Positions 62,201 through 64,000 of a stretch of DNA of 64,000 nt are shown one piece after another (the stretch's first letter is position 1; each line of letters begins with the position of its first letter). This stretch comes from Marsupella aquatica. Its lineage: Eukaryota; Plantae; Marchantiophyta. The notes below the pieces were generated by a model. It was not told the DNA's origin and did not search any database. It saw nothing but the letters and a program-made list of their open reading frames with translations. The stretch lies in contig OZ316894.1 of assembly GCA_973895155.1 (NCBI GenBank), positions 5,418,944 through 5,482,943 on the forward strand. Reading direction: 5' to 3'. Position numbers and translations under genes: made by a program.

Positions 62201-63601
62201 CTTGTGTTGTCTCAAAGGCCTCATCTTTCAATGTTGAGCCTTTGAGCATGAGCTTGGTGGCTATGGTGTGGCTGACCAAGTTGTGTGCATGTAACGTGGA
62301 TTCCTTGAAGCACAAGGTGCATTAGGCTTGACATACATGTGTGATCGCGTCGGATGGGATCGTTGTTGGATTAGCACCGATCGTTGTTCGATTTGCACTA
62401 TTGAAGAAGATTATTGTGGGTTTTGGGCATGTATGGACATGGGTTCCATTTGTAGATCATTCTCTTAGGTTTGTGTTGTTAGATTGTAACTATGCTTGGA
62501 TATGTGTGACAAACGATGTATGTTGTGTAGCGATGTGTATGAGCACGACACAGTTAAAAGAAACCCTGGTTGGAGGAGGTACAGTAGGTTGGTCAACTGC
62601 ACTAGATCTTTCCAACAATTGGGAAAACGAGGGTCCCAAGTGAGGCCGCTCATGGAGCCTTGTCTCACCGTGCGAGCGCGAGCGTGGAAACCAGCAAGGC
62701 TGGCAACATTGCTTCTCTCCTCCTCCTTTCTTTTCCCTGCTGGTAATCACACATCAAAATGTGGCTGCATTCATTGATTGAAAGGAAAAAACTAGTATTA
62801 TCATTGTATGCAGGGGTGTCGTACATAGTATATGTCATATTTTGATGTGCAGTTATCGAGACCCCTTTCTTTTGTTTCCAAAAAAAGACAATTAAACAAC
62901 AAAGTAGAAAGACGAAGCAGCAACGAAAGAGGAGACCACACTACAACTTGCTTCTCTTCTTTGGTCTCCTCTTTCGTATATGGGAAGCACCTTGCATTGG
63001 AGGGAAGCAACTTCAGTGGAGGGAAGCAACCTGATTACTCTCAGCAGCTTGCAGCAAAGGAGGGAAGCAGCTCGCAGGGGAGAGGAGTGGGTTGAAGCCT
63101 GGGTATTTCTCAGCAGCTCGTAGGGGAGGGGAGCGGGTTGAACCCTGGGTATTTCTTAGCAGCTTGAGGCCATGGAGGGCCAGAGTTTGTGCGCAACCCT
63201 GAGCTTCCAGCGATGGAGGCAATGAAAACGTGCGTCTGGGCAATGCTCAGCATCTCAGAGCTATGGAGGGCCTGGGCAACAATGCAGTGGAAACTTTAGG
63301 CGCCTGGGCCTAACTTGTAGTGAGAAGGGCCAAATACTGTTGGGGAGACAAAAAAAGAGAGCTTCACTCTCTTTCTGGCCCCCAAGTAGTGAAAGTTTGA
63401 ATTTAGTTTAACTCCCCCAAGTAGTGAAAGTTTGGATTTAGTTTAACTGGCCCAATAATTTACTACAAACTGAAGACGAGTTGCCCTTAATGCACATTAA
63501 GGCTAAGTTTGATTGCATGTTCTTTTTTGTAGTTAGATGTTTAGCAGAACTCCTGAAAAAGTGAACTGCACAGTTTCATGGCACAAGGTCCCAGCAATAG
63601 C

Positions 63602-63870
63602 CAGTGTGCAGCAGTGTAACTATCCTGGACAACCGACTGTGGTCAGCAGTGTACCTATCCTGGACTGTGGTCAGCAGTGTAGCTATCCTGGACTGTGGTC
63701 AGCAGTGTAGCTATCCTGGACTGTGGTCAGCAGTGTACCTGTCTGGACTGTGGTCAGCAGTATACCTGTCTGGACTGTGCTCAGCAGTATAACTATCTGG
63801 ACTGTGCTAAGGAGTGTAACTATCCTGGACTGTGGTCAGCAGTATAACCATCGTGGACTGTATAACCTGG
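63602..63870 (+). repeat. ~27-28-bp tandem minisatellite (about 9 units)
   Basis: cagcagtgtagctatcctggactgtggt repeated with variants. Confidence 0.9.
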
Positions 63871-64000
63871 GCTCTAATCATACCAGGTATAACCCATCCT
63901 GGACGGAGGTTTGGGATCTCCGTCCAACCGACTCATGTCCTTCGCTGTGCATCTTTCCTTCTATTCCACAAGACATTGAGTGCCATCACTCTTCTTCACC

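Noticed and set aside
63602-63870. CRISPR-like array
   Set aside because: Units are contiguous with no unique spacers, there are no cas genes, and the context is eukaryotic. It is a minisatellite.

Overview
Eukaryotic, intron-containing land-plant genomic DNA. A bryophyte/liverwort origin is my inference, not proven. Host genes: a 3-exon SABATH methyltransferase, a 7-exon MacroD-type macrodomain protein, a divergent plastid MinE-like gene with a C-terminal ~41-aa repeat tail, a two-lobed retropepsin-like aspartyl protease, a secreted LRR-only protein, branched-chain keto-acid dehydrogenase E2 and a RING-H2 protein. Mobile DNA: a Mutator-like foldback element, a young but disabled Ty1/copia element (19412-24681) and a 10-kb minus-strand Ty3/gypsy-type element (41282-51291). 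The gypsy element is the highlight. Its decayed polyprotein reads Gag-protease-DNMT3-like C5 cytosine methyltransferase-RT-RNaseH-DDE integrase-PHD finger. It lacks ordinary LTRs and instead has split, circularly permuted direct repeats (sense order B'-ORFs-A'-ac-B-A) with TG..CA ends, a 4-bp TSD, a self-complementary tRNA-independent primer site and a G8 PPT. This geometry is what integration of a 2-LTR circle at an att site inside the LTR would produce.
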